Both the position numbers and the translations under genes were made by a program. DNA of 64,000 bases. Source: Thecamonas trahens ATCC 50062 (taxonomy: Eukaryota; Protista; Apusomonadida). Below the pieces are notes generated by a model that saw only the letters and a program-made list of their open reading frames with translations, was not told the origin of the DNA and searched no databases. Below, one piece after another: positions 11,900-22,594 of the stretch (positions are counted from its first letter, which is position 1; every line of letters begins with the position of its first letter). The stretch covers positions 186,001-250,000 of the forward strand of contig NW_013657654.1 in assembly GCF_000142905.1 (NCBI RefSeq). The letters run 5' to 3'.

Positions 11900-13189
11900 A
11901 TGCTCTCTGCAGCTCGCTTGGCTAGTAGCTCTACTCGCGGAGGATGGTGGCGCTGTGCGTCGGCCTTTGCCGGCGTCCCCATGGGCCCTGCTGACCCCAT
12001 TTTGGGTGTGACGGCGGCATGGGCGGCCGACAGCCGGGAGACCAAGATGAACCTGGGCGTGGGCGCCTACCGCGACGACGATGGGCGGCCACATGTGCTC
12101 AAGTGCGTGCGCAAGGCTGAGACCATGATCACTAATGCTGGTCTCGACCATGAGTACGCAGGCATTGGTGGTGTCGCCGCCTTTCCGCCGCTCGCCGCCA
12201 AGCTCGCCCTCGGCGACAACTGCCCAGCCCTGGCTGATGGCCGCGTCGCCGCTCTGCAGTCGATCTCGGGCACGGGCGCCAATCGGGTGGCCATGGCCTT
12301 TGCCGCTCAGTGGCTGGGCAAGGGCGGCGCCGGGGCGTCGGCCATCGCCATGCCCGATCCCACCTGGGGCAACCACATCCCCATTGCCAAGCACGCTGGC
12401 CTCGACGTCGTCCGCTACCGCTACTACTCGCCCGAGAACAACGGGCTGGACTTTGCCGGTATGATGGACGACCTGAGCAAGCTTGAGGCCGGAACGCCTG
12501 TCCTCCTCCACGCCTGCGCCCACAACCCGACAGGCGTCGACCCGTCGCTTGAGCAGTGGCGCGAGATCTCGGCCTGCCTCGCCGACAAGGGCCTCTTCCC
12601 GCTTGTGGACATGGCGTACCAGGGCTTTGCCTCGGGCGACGTCGACGCCGATGCCGCTGCCGTCCGCACCCTCGTTGCCGATGGCCACGACCTCATCCTC
12701 TGCACTTCGTTTGCCAAGAACATGGGCCTCTACGGCGAGCGGACCGGCGCCCTCATCTTTGTCACCTCGACGCCTGAGCAGGCCACCGCCGTCGAGTCGC
12801 AGGCTAAGATCCTCATCCGGCCCATGTACTCGAACCCGCCCATCTACGGTGCCCGCATTGTCGAGACCGACCTCTCCTCTCCCGAGCTGCACGCCCTCTG
12901 GCTCACAGAGGTCGCCGACATGGCCGACCGCATCATCGATGTCCGCACTACCCTCCGCAATGGCCTCGCCGCCGCCGGCTCGCCGCACAACTGGTCGCAC
13001 ATCACCGACCAGATCGGCATGTTCTGCTACTCGGGCCTCACCGCCGACCATGTCGCCGCGCTCGCCGCCGACCACGCAGTCTACCTCACCGCCGACGGCC
13101 GCATCTCCATGGCTGGTGTCAACTCGTCCAACGTCGACCACCTCATCGCCGCCATCCACGACGTCACCAAGGATTCGGCCCTCAACTAA
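11900..13189 (+). CDS. GOT2: Aspartate aminotransferase, mitochondrial
   Basis: GPADPILG, KMNLGVGAYRDD, QSISGTGA, PTWGNH, LHACAHNPTGVDP, DMAYQGFASG, SFAKNMGLYGER (PLP lysine), QIGMFCYSGL, GRISMAG. Presequence-like N-terminus. Confidence 0.95.
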   Translation: MLSAARLASSSTRGGWWRCASAFAGVPMGPADPILGVTAAWAADSRETKMNLGVGAYRDDDGRPHVLKCVRKAETMITNAGLDHEYAGIGGVAAFPPLAAKLALGDNCPALADGRVAALQSISGTGANRVAMAFAAQWLGKGGAGASAIAMPDPTWGNHIPIAKHAGLDVVRYRYYSPENNGLDFAGMMDDLSKLEAGTPVLLHACAHNPTGVDPSLEQWREISACLADKGLFPLVDMAYQGFASGDVDADAAAVRTLVADGHDLILCTSFAKNMGLYGERTGALIFVTSTPEQATAVESQAKILIRPMYSNPPIYGARIVETDLSSPELHALWLTEVADMADRIIDVRTTLRNGLAAAGSPHNWSHITDQIGMFCYSGLTADHVAALAADHAVYLTADGRISMAGVNSSNVDHLIAAIHDVTKDSALN

Positions 13190-13271
13190 GCAGTGTGTAC
13201 GCAGCGCGTGCAGTAGCTGTTACTGCCTGTTCCGCCGCCGTCCTTCCACCGACCCTCTGCCGTCGGATGAT

Positions 13272-13331
13272 CGGAGGAAGAAGAAGTAGAAGAAGGAGAA
13301 GAAGAAGTAGAAGTAGAAGGAGTGGAAGAAA
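13272..13331. repeat. Purine-rich (GAA/GTA) simple repeat
   Basis: GGAAGAAGAAGTAGAAGAAGGAGAAGAAGAAGTAGAAG... directly visible. Confidence 0.7.
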
Positions 13332-13533
13332 TCAATCCCCCCCCCCCCCCCCCCTTCTTGCCCTTAACTATCTGCTGCCATCGGTGCAAACCACCAGCCG
13401 CCAGCCGCCGCGCCTGCCTGTCGGCCCAACCACCCAAATCGCCATTGCCATTGGCGCCAAAGGCCCCCCTCCCCCCCCCCCCCCCCCCCGCTCCACTCTC
13501 CCAACCCCTCCCACCCCTCCCACCCCTGGGCGT

Positions 13534-15078
13534 ATGTCACGCGCAGCCGAGTACAAGCGGCAGGCGGACGCCATACTGGCACGGGCCCTGCTGCGACAGA
13601 ACCAGAGCTTGCGGTCGTCGCTGGCGGCGGGACGGCCTCGGAGGGAGAGCGGGGCCACGGCAGGAGCAGCGGATGGCGGCACAGGAGCGGCTGCGGGAGG
13701 AGTCTCGCCCGCATCCGACGTGCCCACCTCTTCTCCATACGTTTTGAATACGGCTCCTTCGCCATCGCCAGCCGCTGCGCTGTATCCGTCGCTGAGCCAT
13801 CCGCTGGCAAGGCTGTCGCCCGGGCCTGATGAGAACACGCCGCCGGTGCTGAGCCCGCGGTCGGCGGCGGCGGTGGCGGCGGCGACGGCAAACGCTGACT
13901 CTCTCGCTGGGTTGCGACTCAAGCTCCACACGCTGTGTGCTCAGCTCAAAGTGGCGTCGGCCACGGGTGCGCTCCGGGCGCCGCCATCACCGATCGGCCA
14001 GGAGCTGCATCGCTCGGCATCGGGCCGCTCGCTGCACAACGATCTACACGCTCTCGTCGACACCGCCCTCGCCCACCTCGACGGTGTTCTTGCGCTCCGC
14101 ATGATGCGCTCTCCCACGCCGCCTCCGCCGCCTCCGCCACCAGTCGTCTTTGATGCAAGCGCACAGACCGACCACTGCCGAGTCGCTCACGCCGCCGCGC
14201 AGACCAGCGCTGCCGTTGCGCCCGAGGATGAGCTCGCTCTCTCGCAGGCTGCGCTCGAAACGCTACAGGCATCGGCTTCCGAGAACGAACGATACGTGAC
14301 CCGGCTTTCTGAAGTTGTGGCCGAGCTCGAGGCTCAGCTCGAGTCGCTGGAGACGTCCGAGGCTCAGCTGCGCGGTCAGGTCGCCAGTGCCGAGGCCCGC
14401 GCTGAGCGGGCTGAGCACAACTGCGCCGCGCTTCAGACCCAGGTGGCGTCATCGTCGCGATCCGACTCGATGGCTCAGGAGCAGATGGCTGGCCTGCGGC
14501 GGACGTACGAACAGCGAGTGGGCGTGCTCGAGAAGACGTGCAACGAGCAGTCGGCGCGGATCCTTGAGCTCGAGTCGCACCTCACCACCGCGCTCAACAA
14601 CATCGACCAACTGTCGGTCGAGCTGTGCGAGCACAAGGAAGTCCTCGTCAAGTTCCGCACTGACCGCAACGCCCTCCGAGCTGCCCTCCGAGATGCGCGC
14701 ATCCAGCTCCGCGACTACGAAGAGGCGCCTGCCCACGACCCGGAGCGAATGGCCAAGCTCGAGGCGCGGATCATCTCGCTCCGCGACAAGCACCGGCTGA
14801 CCAAGGACAAGCTCCGCTCGCTCATCGACGAGAACAAGGCGCTGTGCAAGGACAATCCCGAGCGGGCAGAGGTCTTCCGCGCCATGCGCGACCTCATCCT
14901 CGTCTACCAGTCGACGCTCGGCTCGGCCTCGTTTGCTTGCCACGCCTGCTCGCGGGTCCGCGGCATGATTGCATGGGACAACTTCCCCAAGGCTGCCCAG
15001 GACTTTGAGGCTGCTGTTGTCGCCGAGCAGTGTGACTTTTGCCAGTCTCCACTCTTTGTTCCCGACTCGGCCTCCTAG
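13534..15078 (+). CDS. Hypothetical coiled-coil protein with C-terminal CxxC...CxxC (possible zinc ribbon)
   Basis: Long ORF with ATG after a poly-C tract. Heptad-rich region (ELEAQLESLE..LEARIISLRDK). C-terminal CHAC...CDFC. Confidence 0.7.
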   Translation: MSRAAEYKRQADAILARALLRQNQSLRSSLAAGRPRRESGATAGAADGGTGAAAGGVSPASDVPTSSPYVLNTAPSPSPAAALYPSLSHPLARLSPGPDENTPPVLSPRSAAAVAAATANADSLAGLRLKLHTLCAQLKVASATGALRAPPSPIGQELHRSASGRSLHNDLHALVDTALAHLDGVLALRMMRSPTPPPPPPPPVVFDASAQTDHCRVAHAAAQTSAAVAPEDELALSQAALETLQASASENERYVTRLSEVVAELEAQLESLETSEAQLRGQVASAEARAERAEHNCAALQTQVASSSRSDSMAQEQMAGLRRTYEQRVGVLEKTCNEQSARILELESHLTTALNNIDQLSVELCEHKEVLVKFRTDRNALRAALRDARIQLRDYEEAPAHDPERMAKLEARIISLRDKHRLTKDKLRSLIDENKALCKDNPERAEVFRAMRDLILVYQSTLGSASFACHACSRVRGMIAWDNFPKAAQDFEAAVVAEQCDFCQSPLFVPDSAS

Positions 15079-15098
15079 ACGCCGTTCCTTTCATTTGG

Positions 15099-18000
15099 TC
15101 AGAGACCGTGAGCGCCGTCAAGCGCAGCTTCGAGCGCGTCGAGGTCGGCAATCCACAGGTCCTCTGGCGAAGCAGCCTTGATCTCGGCCAACTCGTTCTC
15201 CAGCCGCTCGAGCCTGGCCTGGAGCGCGGAGCGCCGCTTCGCCGTCAGTGACGAGAGCGGAAGAGAGAGCAGCGTGGCGAGCGCCTCGGCGTCGACGGTG
15301 CTGCCGGCGCGTGCCGAGAGGCCGGCGACGACTGCAGCCTCGTCGAGCTCGGGTGCAGCGAGGTCGATGTCACCGGCCGAGACACCGTCGACAAAAGCGA
15401 GCTGGACCTTTGTCTTGGTCACATCGCTCGTCAGCGAGTCGATGAGGTGCTGTCGGCGGGCGTAGTAGCCCTCGAGCCGGGCGTGGTAAAAGGCATCGAT
15501 GATGCCGTGCGGCGAGGCGAAGCGGGTCATCTTGCCCGCGCTGTCAAAGGCATGCATGTTGGTGAGCGAGAGCGAGCCGACGAGCTTGAGCTTGGCGAGC
15601 AGCTCGCTGTCCGAGAGCTCAGCGGCAGCGGGGGTGAGCGTGACCTCGAACGCCACATCGACGTCGGTGTGGCCCTCGGTGTAGCCCGCCACGAGCGAGG
15701 CCGCCGACTCGACGCCCTCGGCTTCGGTCAGCGCCACCTGCTTCTCCAACCACTCCTTGTAGTTCTGGGTCCACGATCCGAGCGGAAGCTCCGAAATTAT
15801 GGCCGTCTGCGGATCGGGCCGGTCGACCAAACCGTGGACCTTGTAGCCGGTCACCGACTTGCCGCGGGTGACCGGGACGAGGCTGCCCTTGAAGCCGCGT
15901 GTCCAAGGGACAAGTGGCGGGAGCGGCTTGCCGGCAATCCGGGCGCGGACGGCAGCGATGAGGTCGCGCGGCGAGAACGACGGAATCGAGGTCGACCACC
16001 CGGTTCCGATGCCCTCTGCGCCGTTGACCAGTAGCGAAGGGATGACCGGCAGGTAGTGAACTGGCTCGACGGGGACGCCTGAATCGTCGACGACGTGGTC
16101 GAGGACCGGATCGTCGGCGAGCGGGAGCAGCGGCTGGGCGAGCGGTGAGAGGCGGGTGAAGATGTACCGCGGCGAGGCCGCGTCCTTTCCGCCTTGCAAG
16201 CGGGTACCAAACTGACCCAGCGGGAGTAGCAAGTTGATGTTGTTCGCACCAACGTAGTCCTGGGCAAGACCGATGATGGTCGAGGCAAGCGAGGCCTCGC
16301 CGTGGTGGTAGCCGGTCGACTCGGCGACGTACGCCGCCAGCTGCGCGACCTTGAGCTCGGCGCGCCAGAGCTTGCGCTTGCGCGAGGCGTGGAGAACCTT
16401 GCGCTGGCCTGGCTTGAGGCCGTCGACCGCCGACGGAATCGACCGCACGTTGTCGGCCATGGAGAAGAGAATGAGCTCGCGGTTGATAAAGTCGTGGACC
16501 GAGAGCCCGTCTGCGGTGTAGAGCGGGGCAGCGTTGTGAGCGGCGTGGGCCGACGTCGACTCGAGCCAGGCCTTGCGGTCCTCGGCGCGCGACTTGCGGA
16601 AGGCCATGTCGAGCAGCGCGCCAGGGTCCTCGGCAGCGGCGGCGGGTGGATCCCAGGTGAACGGCACCAGGTGGGCGTCCAGCTGGGCAAAGTACGACTT
16701 GGCCTCGGCCGCCGACGACGTTCCGAGGCCCTTGTAGTACTTGATGGCCCAGTCTTTGGCAAGCTCTGCGTTGGGCATGCTTGCCTTGAACGCCTCAAAC
16801 TCGGGCATGGTGAAGAAGACTCGCTCGCGTAGTTTCGGCGCGGAGCCGGCCAGCCCGGTGTAGCGGGCCTTGACGATGGGCGTGATGAATTGGACGAGAA
16901 AGCCGGGCGAGGAGGCGAGGGCTGGGAAGAAAAAGTGCATAAAGTTGAGGAAGAGGCCCTTGATGTGCGAGCCGTCGACGTCTTGGTCGGTCATGAGCAT
17001 GACTCGGCCGTAGCGGAGCGAGGCGCGGGCGGCAGGCGTCGAGTAGTCTGCGTCGAGCTTGAGCCCGAGGATGCGGATGATGTTGGCGAGTTCGGCGTTG
17101 CCGGCCAGCGCGGTCTGCGACGCATCGCGGACGTTGAGCAGCTTGCCCTTGAGCGGAAAGACGCCGTATGACTCGCGGCCGACGACCGAAAGGCCTGCTA
17201 CCGCAAGCGCCTTGGCCGAGTCGCCTTCGGTGAGGATGAGGGTGCATGCCTCCGATTTTGGCGAGCCAGCGAGGTTAGCGTCCTCCAGCTTTGGGATGCC
17301 GGTCAGGCGGCGCTTTTTGGTGGCAGACATCTTGCGCGAGAGTGACGAGGCCGACTTGGCCTGGGCCCGCTCGAGAATCCCGGCCTTGAGCTCGGGCGCG
17401 GCATTGAGGGCCTTGCGCAGCGCGGTCGGGGTGAGCGAGAACGACGAGCCAAAGTCGCGGATCTTGGTGGTGAGAAAGTCCTTGGTCTGCGAGTCGAACG
17501 TCGGGTTGGCGATCGAGGCCCTGACAAAGACGAGCAGTGAGGCCTTGATGTGGGCTGGTGTGATGCTGACCTCGGGGTGAGACTTGGTCAGAACAGCAGC
17601 CATGCCTTTGGTCACTTGATCGGTGACGTAGTCGACGTGGCGCCCGCCGCGCGGCGTCGAGATGCCGTTGACAAACGATGCGTGGGTAAATCCGGCACCC
17701 TCGGGCGCGAGCGCGAGACCGATGGTCCAGCGCGGGTGCGGCGCGAGGGTGGCCACAGCCTCGGCGCTCTGGGCCGTCGCGCCTGACTCGGCCTGGAACA
17801 GCGAGATGTACGACTTAAAGTCGGAGACCGGAATCCGGTCGCCGTTGTAAAAGACGCGGACGTGCGGGCCGAGTACGGCGGCGAGGTCAAAGGCGCGCTT
17901 GCGGACGTAGGCCATGACGTCGTCGCCTTCGAGCGAGGCCATCGAGAACTTGGGCAGGTCGGGGTGAACGAGACGTAGGTGAACGATGGAGCGGCGAGCG

Positions 18001-18838
18001 CGGCGGCCGGCAGCCGGCTCAGAGCCGGATGGACGTCCAGGAGGCTCGAGTTGGCCAACAGGGTGCGGGCTGACGCCGCCGTCTCGAGCGCGCCGTCGTC
18101 GAGCTGGACAATGACGGGCTCGCTGACCTGTGTCATGTTCTCGGACCAGGCTTGCGAGTAGATGGCGCCGGCGTCGCGGGTGGTGACGCGGAAGGAGGAG
18201 GCAAAGATGTTGGCGAGTTTGGCGCCGTACCCGTTGCGGCCGCCGGTTGTCTTGGCCACCGAGTCGTCAAAGTTGGAGCCCGAGAGCAGCGAGCCAAAGA
18301 CCATCTGCGGAATGGGGATGTTCTCCTTGGCATGTGTGGCGATGGGGATGCCTGCGCCGTCGTTGTAGACGGCAAACTCGCCGGCTCCGGCGTCGTCGGC
18401 CCAGATCCGCAGCTGGCGCATCGACGGATCCCGAGCAGCGTTGTCTGCAGCATTGACCAGCAGCTCGTCGACTATCTGTCCCAGACCGGGCACATACTCG
18501 AGGTTCTCCCTCGCGAGGCGCAGCGGATTGTCGGCCACCACCCACGCCGGCCCGGCCTGCCGCTCCACCGATCCGATGTAGGTGTCCGGGCGGAGGAGGA
18601 CGTGCTCGCGCGGCGTCTTACGGGTGTAGACCTCTTCCAGCTTGCGCCCGCCCTTTTCCGCCGCCGCCTTCTTGCCCTTCCCTGCTTTCTTCTTGCCCTT
18701 GCCCTTGCCCTTGCCCGTCGCCGCCTTGCTGCCCCCTGCCGCCGCGCCTTGTGACGCGCCAAAGGTCCGGGTGGCGCCCAGGGCACTCAGCGCCGCTGGC
18801 CACAGCCGCACGGCTGGTGAGGGCATGCGGCGCCACAT
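15099..18838 (-). CDS. TOP2: DNA topoisomerase II (eukaryotic type IIA), probably mitochondrion-targeted; one-base break at 17961-17964
   Basis: EHVLLRPDTYIGS, DELLVNAADN, GGRNGYGAKLANIF, LILTEGDSAK, PLKGKLLNVR, MTDQDVDGSHIKGL, YYKGLGTS, DGLKPGQRK, YHHGEASL, catalytic ASPRYIFT, GIGTGWST. Adding one C restores FTPDLPKFSM. Confidence 0.93.
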
Positions 18839-19133
18839 GGGAGGAGTGAGGATGGAGGGTGGTATAGAGGGGTGTGGGTGGTGGTGCTGGTGGCACTGGT
18901 GGTGGGGAAGCGGTGAGGCGTGGCTCGGGAAGAGGTGAGCAGAGCAGGATGGATGGGGTTGGGGCGACTGAGGGGGGAGGGCGATCGGGATCGTGATCGG
19001 GTGAAGGAAGGGGTTTAGTTGGCCATAGAAGTGAGTGAGGAGAGCGTGGTCGGCCATGGGTTATGGATGCCAACACCGTCATGGCACGGATTGGTGTGCT
19101 GGTGATGGGGCCGGGCGGGTGTGGCGGGGCGGG

Positions 19134-22100
19134 CTAAGACGCTGGGACAGCCGCGGCGGCAGGTGTTGGCGAGGTGACAATCATGTCGTGCATGGCCGAG
19201 AGCTGGTCGCCAACAGAGCCCATGCAGACGGGGCATCGCGAGTTGCAGAAGAGCCAGGTATCGACGCAGAGGACGTGGAAGACGTGGAGGCACGGCAGGC
19301 GGCGGGCGCGATCACCAGCTGCAAGGTCCTCAAAGCAGATGGTACAGACCGGCGCCGGCACGTCGGGACCGGCCGGAACAACAGTGGCCGGGCCGGCGCC
19401 CAGCGCCGAGGCAGGCGTCTCGGACGAGATGGTGAAGACCGGAATGCGTCGGAGAAGCCGAACGTCGAGGCCCTTCTCGTCGGACATACCGTGCATGAGG
19501 TTGTCGGTCCAGCGAGCGACAGCATCCGACGATGCGTATAACAGCCGCTTGAGCGTCGCCATCCACGCCTCGCTCGCCTGAAGCCGCTCAACGAGCGGAA
19601 AGGTGCGCGTCACAACCAAGCAGAGGAAGCGGAGGACAGCGAGCGTGAGCCGAACGCTCTCGGCGCATGGCGCAGCGCGGTCGGACGAGCCCGAGCTCCC
19701 GTCCATCTCGCTAGCCGACGCGCCGAGGACGGAGAGGCAGGCGGCAAGCGACTTGGCAGCTGCCGGCGCGACGAGCGCGGCCTTGACGGCTTCGGGCTCG
19801 GCGAGCGTGGCCTTGCGCAGAGTCTCGAGGAGGAGGATGGCGGTCGAGCGGGTCTGCGATGGCGAGGACAGGACAGGATCAAGCAGGCCGACAAGGCAGG
19901 GGAAGATGCCCGCGCTGCTGAGCGCAGCAAGAATGGTCGACTCGGGCGGTGAGTCGACAGCGGCCGCCGGTGCGTAAACAAGCGACTGGACCAGGATGAG
20001 CGCAACGCGGAGGCCAGAACCGGCGGCAACGCCGAGGCCAAGGACGGTGCCGAGCGAAGTTGCCACCGAATTGCGGACAGCCTCGAGCCGCGACGGCGGC
20101 GACATCGAGATGCAGTTGGAGAGTGCCTTGAGGACGGCGAGGTGGGCCGGCGCGAGCGGAGCGGACTTGCCATGGAGCGCGGCGGCCAAGTCGCGGAGGT
20201 AGTCGGCGAGCAGCACGACACCGCCCTGCTTGCGCACAATCTTCTTGTTCTTCATGTTGTTGGCAGTCACGTTCTGGAGCGCCTTGAGAGTGGTGCCGAG
20301 GACGCTGCCTCCATCGGTGTCGGGCTTGAGTGCGTGAGCAAGGAGGCGGACAAGAATGGCAACGCCGCCGTCGGCGCGGACTGTGTCCTTGGACTCGGGG
20401 AGGGTGGCACAGTTACCAAGGAGCTTGACCAGCGCCGCCAGCTCGGCAGCAAGGTGCTTGCGAGTTGCGGCAGTCGGCCGCTTGGCCGGCGGCCCCACCA
20501 GGGCAGTAAAGGTTGTCTCGATGCGGGTGACCAGCAGGCCAATGCCCGAAAGTAGACGGATGCGGTCCTTGACCATGGTCGAGCCTGCGGCGGCGGCCTC
20601 GAGGCCACGGACAACCGCGAGGCGGACGCCAAGCTTCGAGTGGCCGAGCAAGGTGAGAAGCTTGGAGAAGAGCCCCGCGTCAATGGCAGCAGACTTGGCG
20701 TCACGCAAGGTGAGCACGTTGCCGAGCGTCTTCAGCACGAGGCGCAGCATCGGCGGGGTGCCGGCCGGGTGGCCCGGCTCGAGCAGGGTAGCGGCGGCGG
20801 CGACAGCGCCAGCGGCCACTACCTGCTTCTTGACCGGCACGCAGTCTGCCGTGCAGTTGGCAAGCGCGCGGGTGGCCGACTCGACCACAAGCGTCTTGGG
20901 CGAGGCAAGGAGCGGGACGAGCGCCGCGGGCGCACCCGACATCGCAATGGCCGACTTGTTGGCGGCCAGAGACGCGCAGTTGCCCACAATCTTGGCGCCG
21001 ACATCTTGCATCTTCCATGCTGCCGACACAAGCATCGGCTTGGCGAGGTCAAACACGGCGAGCTTGCCAAGCGCGGCCTTGTTAGCCTCTGAGTTGGCGG
21101 TGCAGTTCTCGAGGGCGGTGGCGGCGGCGAGTGCAAGCTGCGGGGTGGTGGCCTTGGCGGTGAGCATGAGCAAGACAAGAAGGCCGCCGACATCGCGGAC
21201 GGCGTCCTTGGCCGGCGCATTGTGGGCGACGAGATTGTGTAGCGCCCGGGCGGCCGCGGTTTGCAGAGCGGTGCTGGGTGCGTGGAGCAGTTGAACAAGG
21301 AGCATGACCGCGCCGGCCTCGTGGAGGTACGGCTTGTTGCCCATGGCGGTTGCTGCGTTGCCGAGCGTGTCTGCCATCGCCACGGCGAGGCCTGGCGGGA
21401 GCCTGGCTACAGGATCCGGGCCCGAAAGGGCGCGCAGGGCGACGAGGAGCAGACCCGACTCGCGCGCCGCGTCTTTGGCGCGCTCGTGATTCGAGAGGGC
21501 AAGCTGGGCGAGGCGACCCGAGTCAACGAGAACCGAACCAAGAACATCGCCGGTCATGACTTCGGGCTTCGGCAGCGCCCACTGCCAGAGATCGGCGAGG
21601 GCCGGAAAGAGCGGCGAAGCAGCAAGCGCATCTTTGGCGGCCGGCGAGGCGACGAGGGCCTTGGAAAGAGTGCGGAAAAGTCCACGGAGGAGTGCAAAGG
21701 CCGCGCGCTCAGGAGAGCCATTGTCCACAGCAGTTGAGACCGTGGCGGCAGCGGCGGCGGCCAGCGAGGCGACGAGCCAGTCGGGCGCCAGATCCCAGCG
21801 GACGAGAGCGTCGACGAGGGTGACAACGAGGGCACGGGCGCGGATGGGCAGGCGCGGGTCGGCAAGGAGGGCGCGAGCACGAGGAACGAATGCATCCAGC
21901 GCAGGCTGATGGTCCGGGGCGGCGGCGGCGTTGCGCACGACGAGCAGCGCGAGTGTGAGGAGGGCAGGCGGGAGCGATGGCAGGCAGCACTTGACAAGCA
22001 TGCCGAGCGGGCGGTGCGGCGGATCTTCACAGGCCGTGACATCTGCTGCCAGCGCCGCCAGCGCCGCCGCCAGCCTTGCCTGGGCCTCGTTGACAGCCGC

Positions 22101-22256
22101 GCGGGCATCGCCCCGCGACGCTCCGGCGCCGTGGCCGCCCGGAGAGCCCGGCGGCGAGGCTGGCCCGCGGACGAGGCCCGCCAGCGTCCGTTGGGCACGG
22201 AGGTAGGTGCGCAGCGCGGAAGCGGTGGCCGCCCACGGCTCTGCGGTGGACGACAT
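19134..22256 (-). CDS. Armadillo-repeat protein with C-terminal RING-H2 finger (putative E3 ligase)
   Basis: Repeated K..VR..GG...L..LL....AA.AL.N units. RING-H2: CTICFEDLAAGDRARRLPCLHVFHVLCVDTWLFCNSRCPVC. Confidence 0.85.
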   Translation of the reverse strand: MSSTAEPWAATASALRTYLRAQRTLAGLVRGPASPPGSPGGHGAGASRGDARAAVNEAQARLAAALAALAADVTACEDPPHRPLGMLVKCCLPSLPPALLTLALLVVRNAAAAPDHQPALDAFVPRARALLADPRLPIRARALVVTLVDALVRWDLAPDWLVASLAAAAAATVSTAVDNGSPERAAFALLRGLFRTLSKALVASPAAKDALAASPLFPALADLWQWALPKPEVMTGDVLGSVLVDSGRLAQLALSNHERAKDAARESGLLLVALRALSGPDPVARLPPGLAVAMADTLGNAATAMGNKPYLHEAGAVMLLVQLLHAPSTALQTAAARALHNLVAHNAPAKDAVRDVGGLLVLLMLTAKATTPQLALAAATALENCTANSEANKAALGKLAVFDLAKPMLVSAAWKMQDVGAKIVGNCASLAANKSAIAMSGAPAALVPLLASPKTLVVESATRALANCTADCVPVKKQVVAAGAVAAAATLLEPGHPAGTPPMLRLVLKTLGNVLTLRDAKSAAIDAGLFSKLLTLLGHSKLGVRLAVVRGLEAAAAGSTMVKDRIRLLSGIGLLVTRIETTFTALVGPPAKRPTAATRKHLAAELAALVKLLGNCATLPESKDTVRADGGVAILVRLLAHALKPDTDGGSVLGTTLKALQNVTANNMKNKKIVRKQGGVVLLADYLRDLAAALHGKSAPLAPAHLAVLKALSNCISMSPPSRLEAVRNSVATSLGTVLGLGVAAGSGLRVALILVQSLVYAPAAAVDSPPESTILAALSSAGIFPCLVGLLDPVLSSPSQTRSTAILLLETLRKATLAEPEAVKAALVAPAAAKSLAACLSVLGASASEMDGSSGSSDRAAPCAESVRLTLAVLRFLCLVVTRTFPLVERLQASEAWMATLKRLLYASSDAVARWTDNLMHGMSDEKGLDVRLLRRIPVFTISSETPASALGAGPATVVPAGPDVPAPVCTICFEDLAAGDRARRLPCLHVFHVLCVDTWLFCNSRCPVCMGSVGDQLSAMHDMIVTSPTPAAAAVPAS

Positions 22257-22594
22257 ATGGGTGGGGGTGGTGGGGTGAGGGCGGCGTGGAGCGTGGGGTG
22301 GGGTGGCTTGGGCGCAGCGGGCGTGTCCTGCCTCAACGCGCGAAGATGGTGTCATTGGCCGGTCGGCGGCAGCGCCTGCGAGCGGGACATTGGCAGTCGG
22401 GGGGGCTGGTCAATCAGAGCAGTGTCATCACGCAGAATTAGATCCAGCGCGCAAGGACACGATCGTACTCGATCAGTTTGAGTGTGAAAGCTCATAAGGA
22501 AGGCAAGTGGCGTTGCGCTCTCCCTCTCTCGCCCTCGCTCCAACGACGTTCAATCTGGTTTGCGCTGGCAAGACGGACAGTGTCACGCTTGCTG

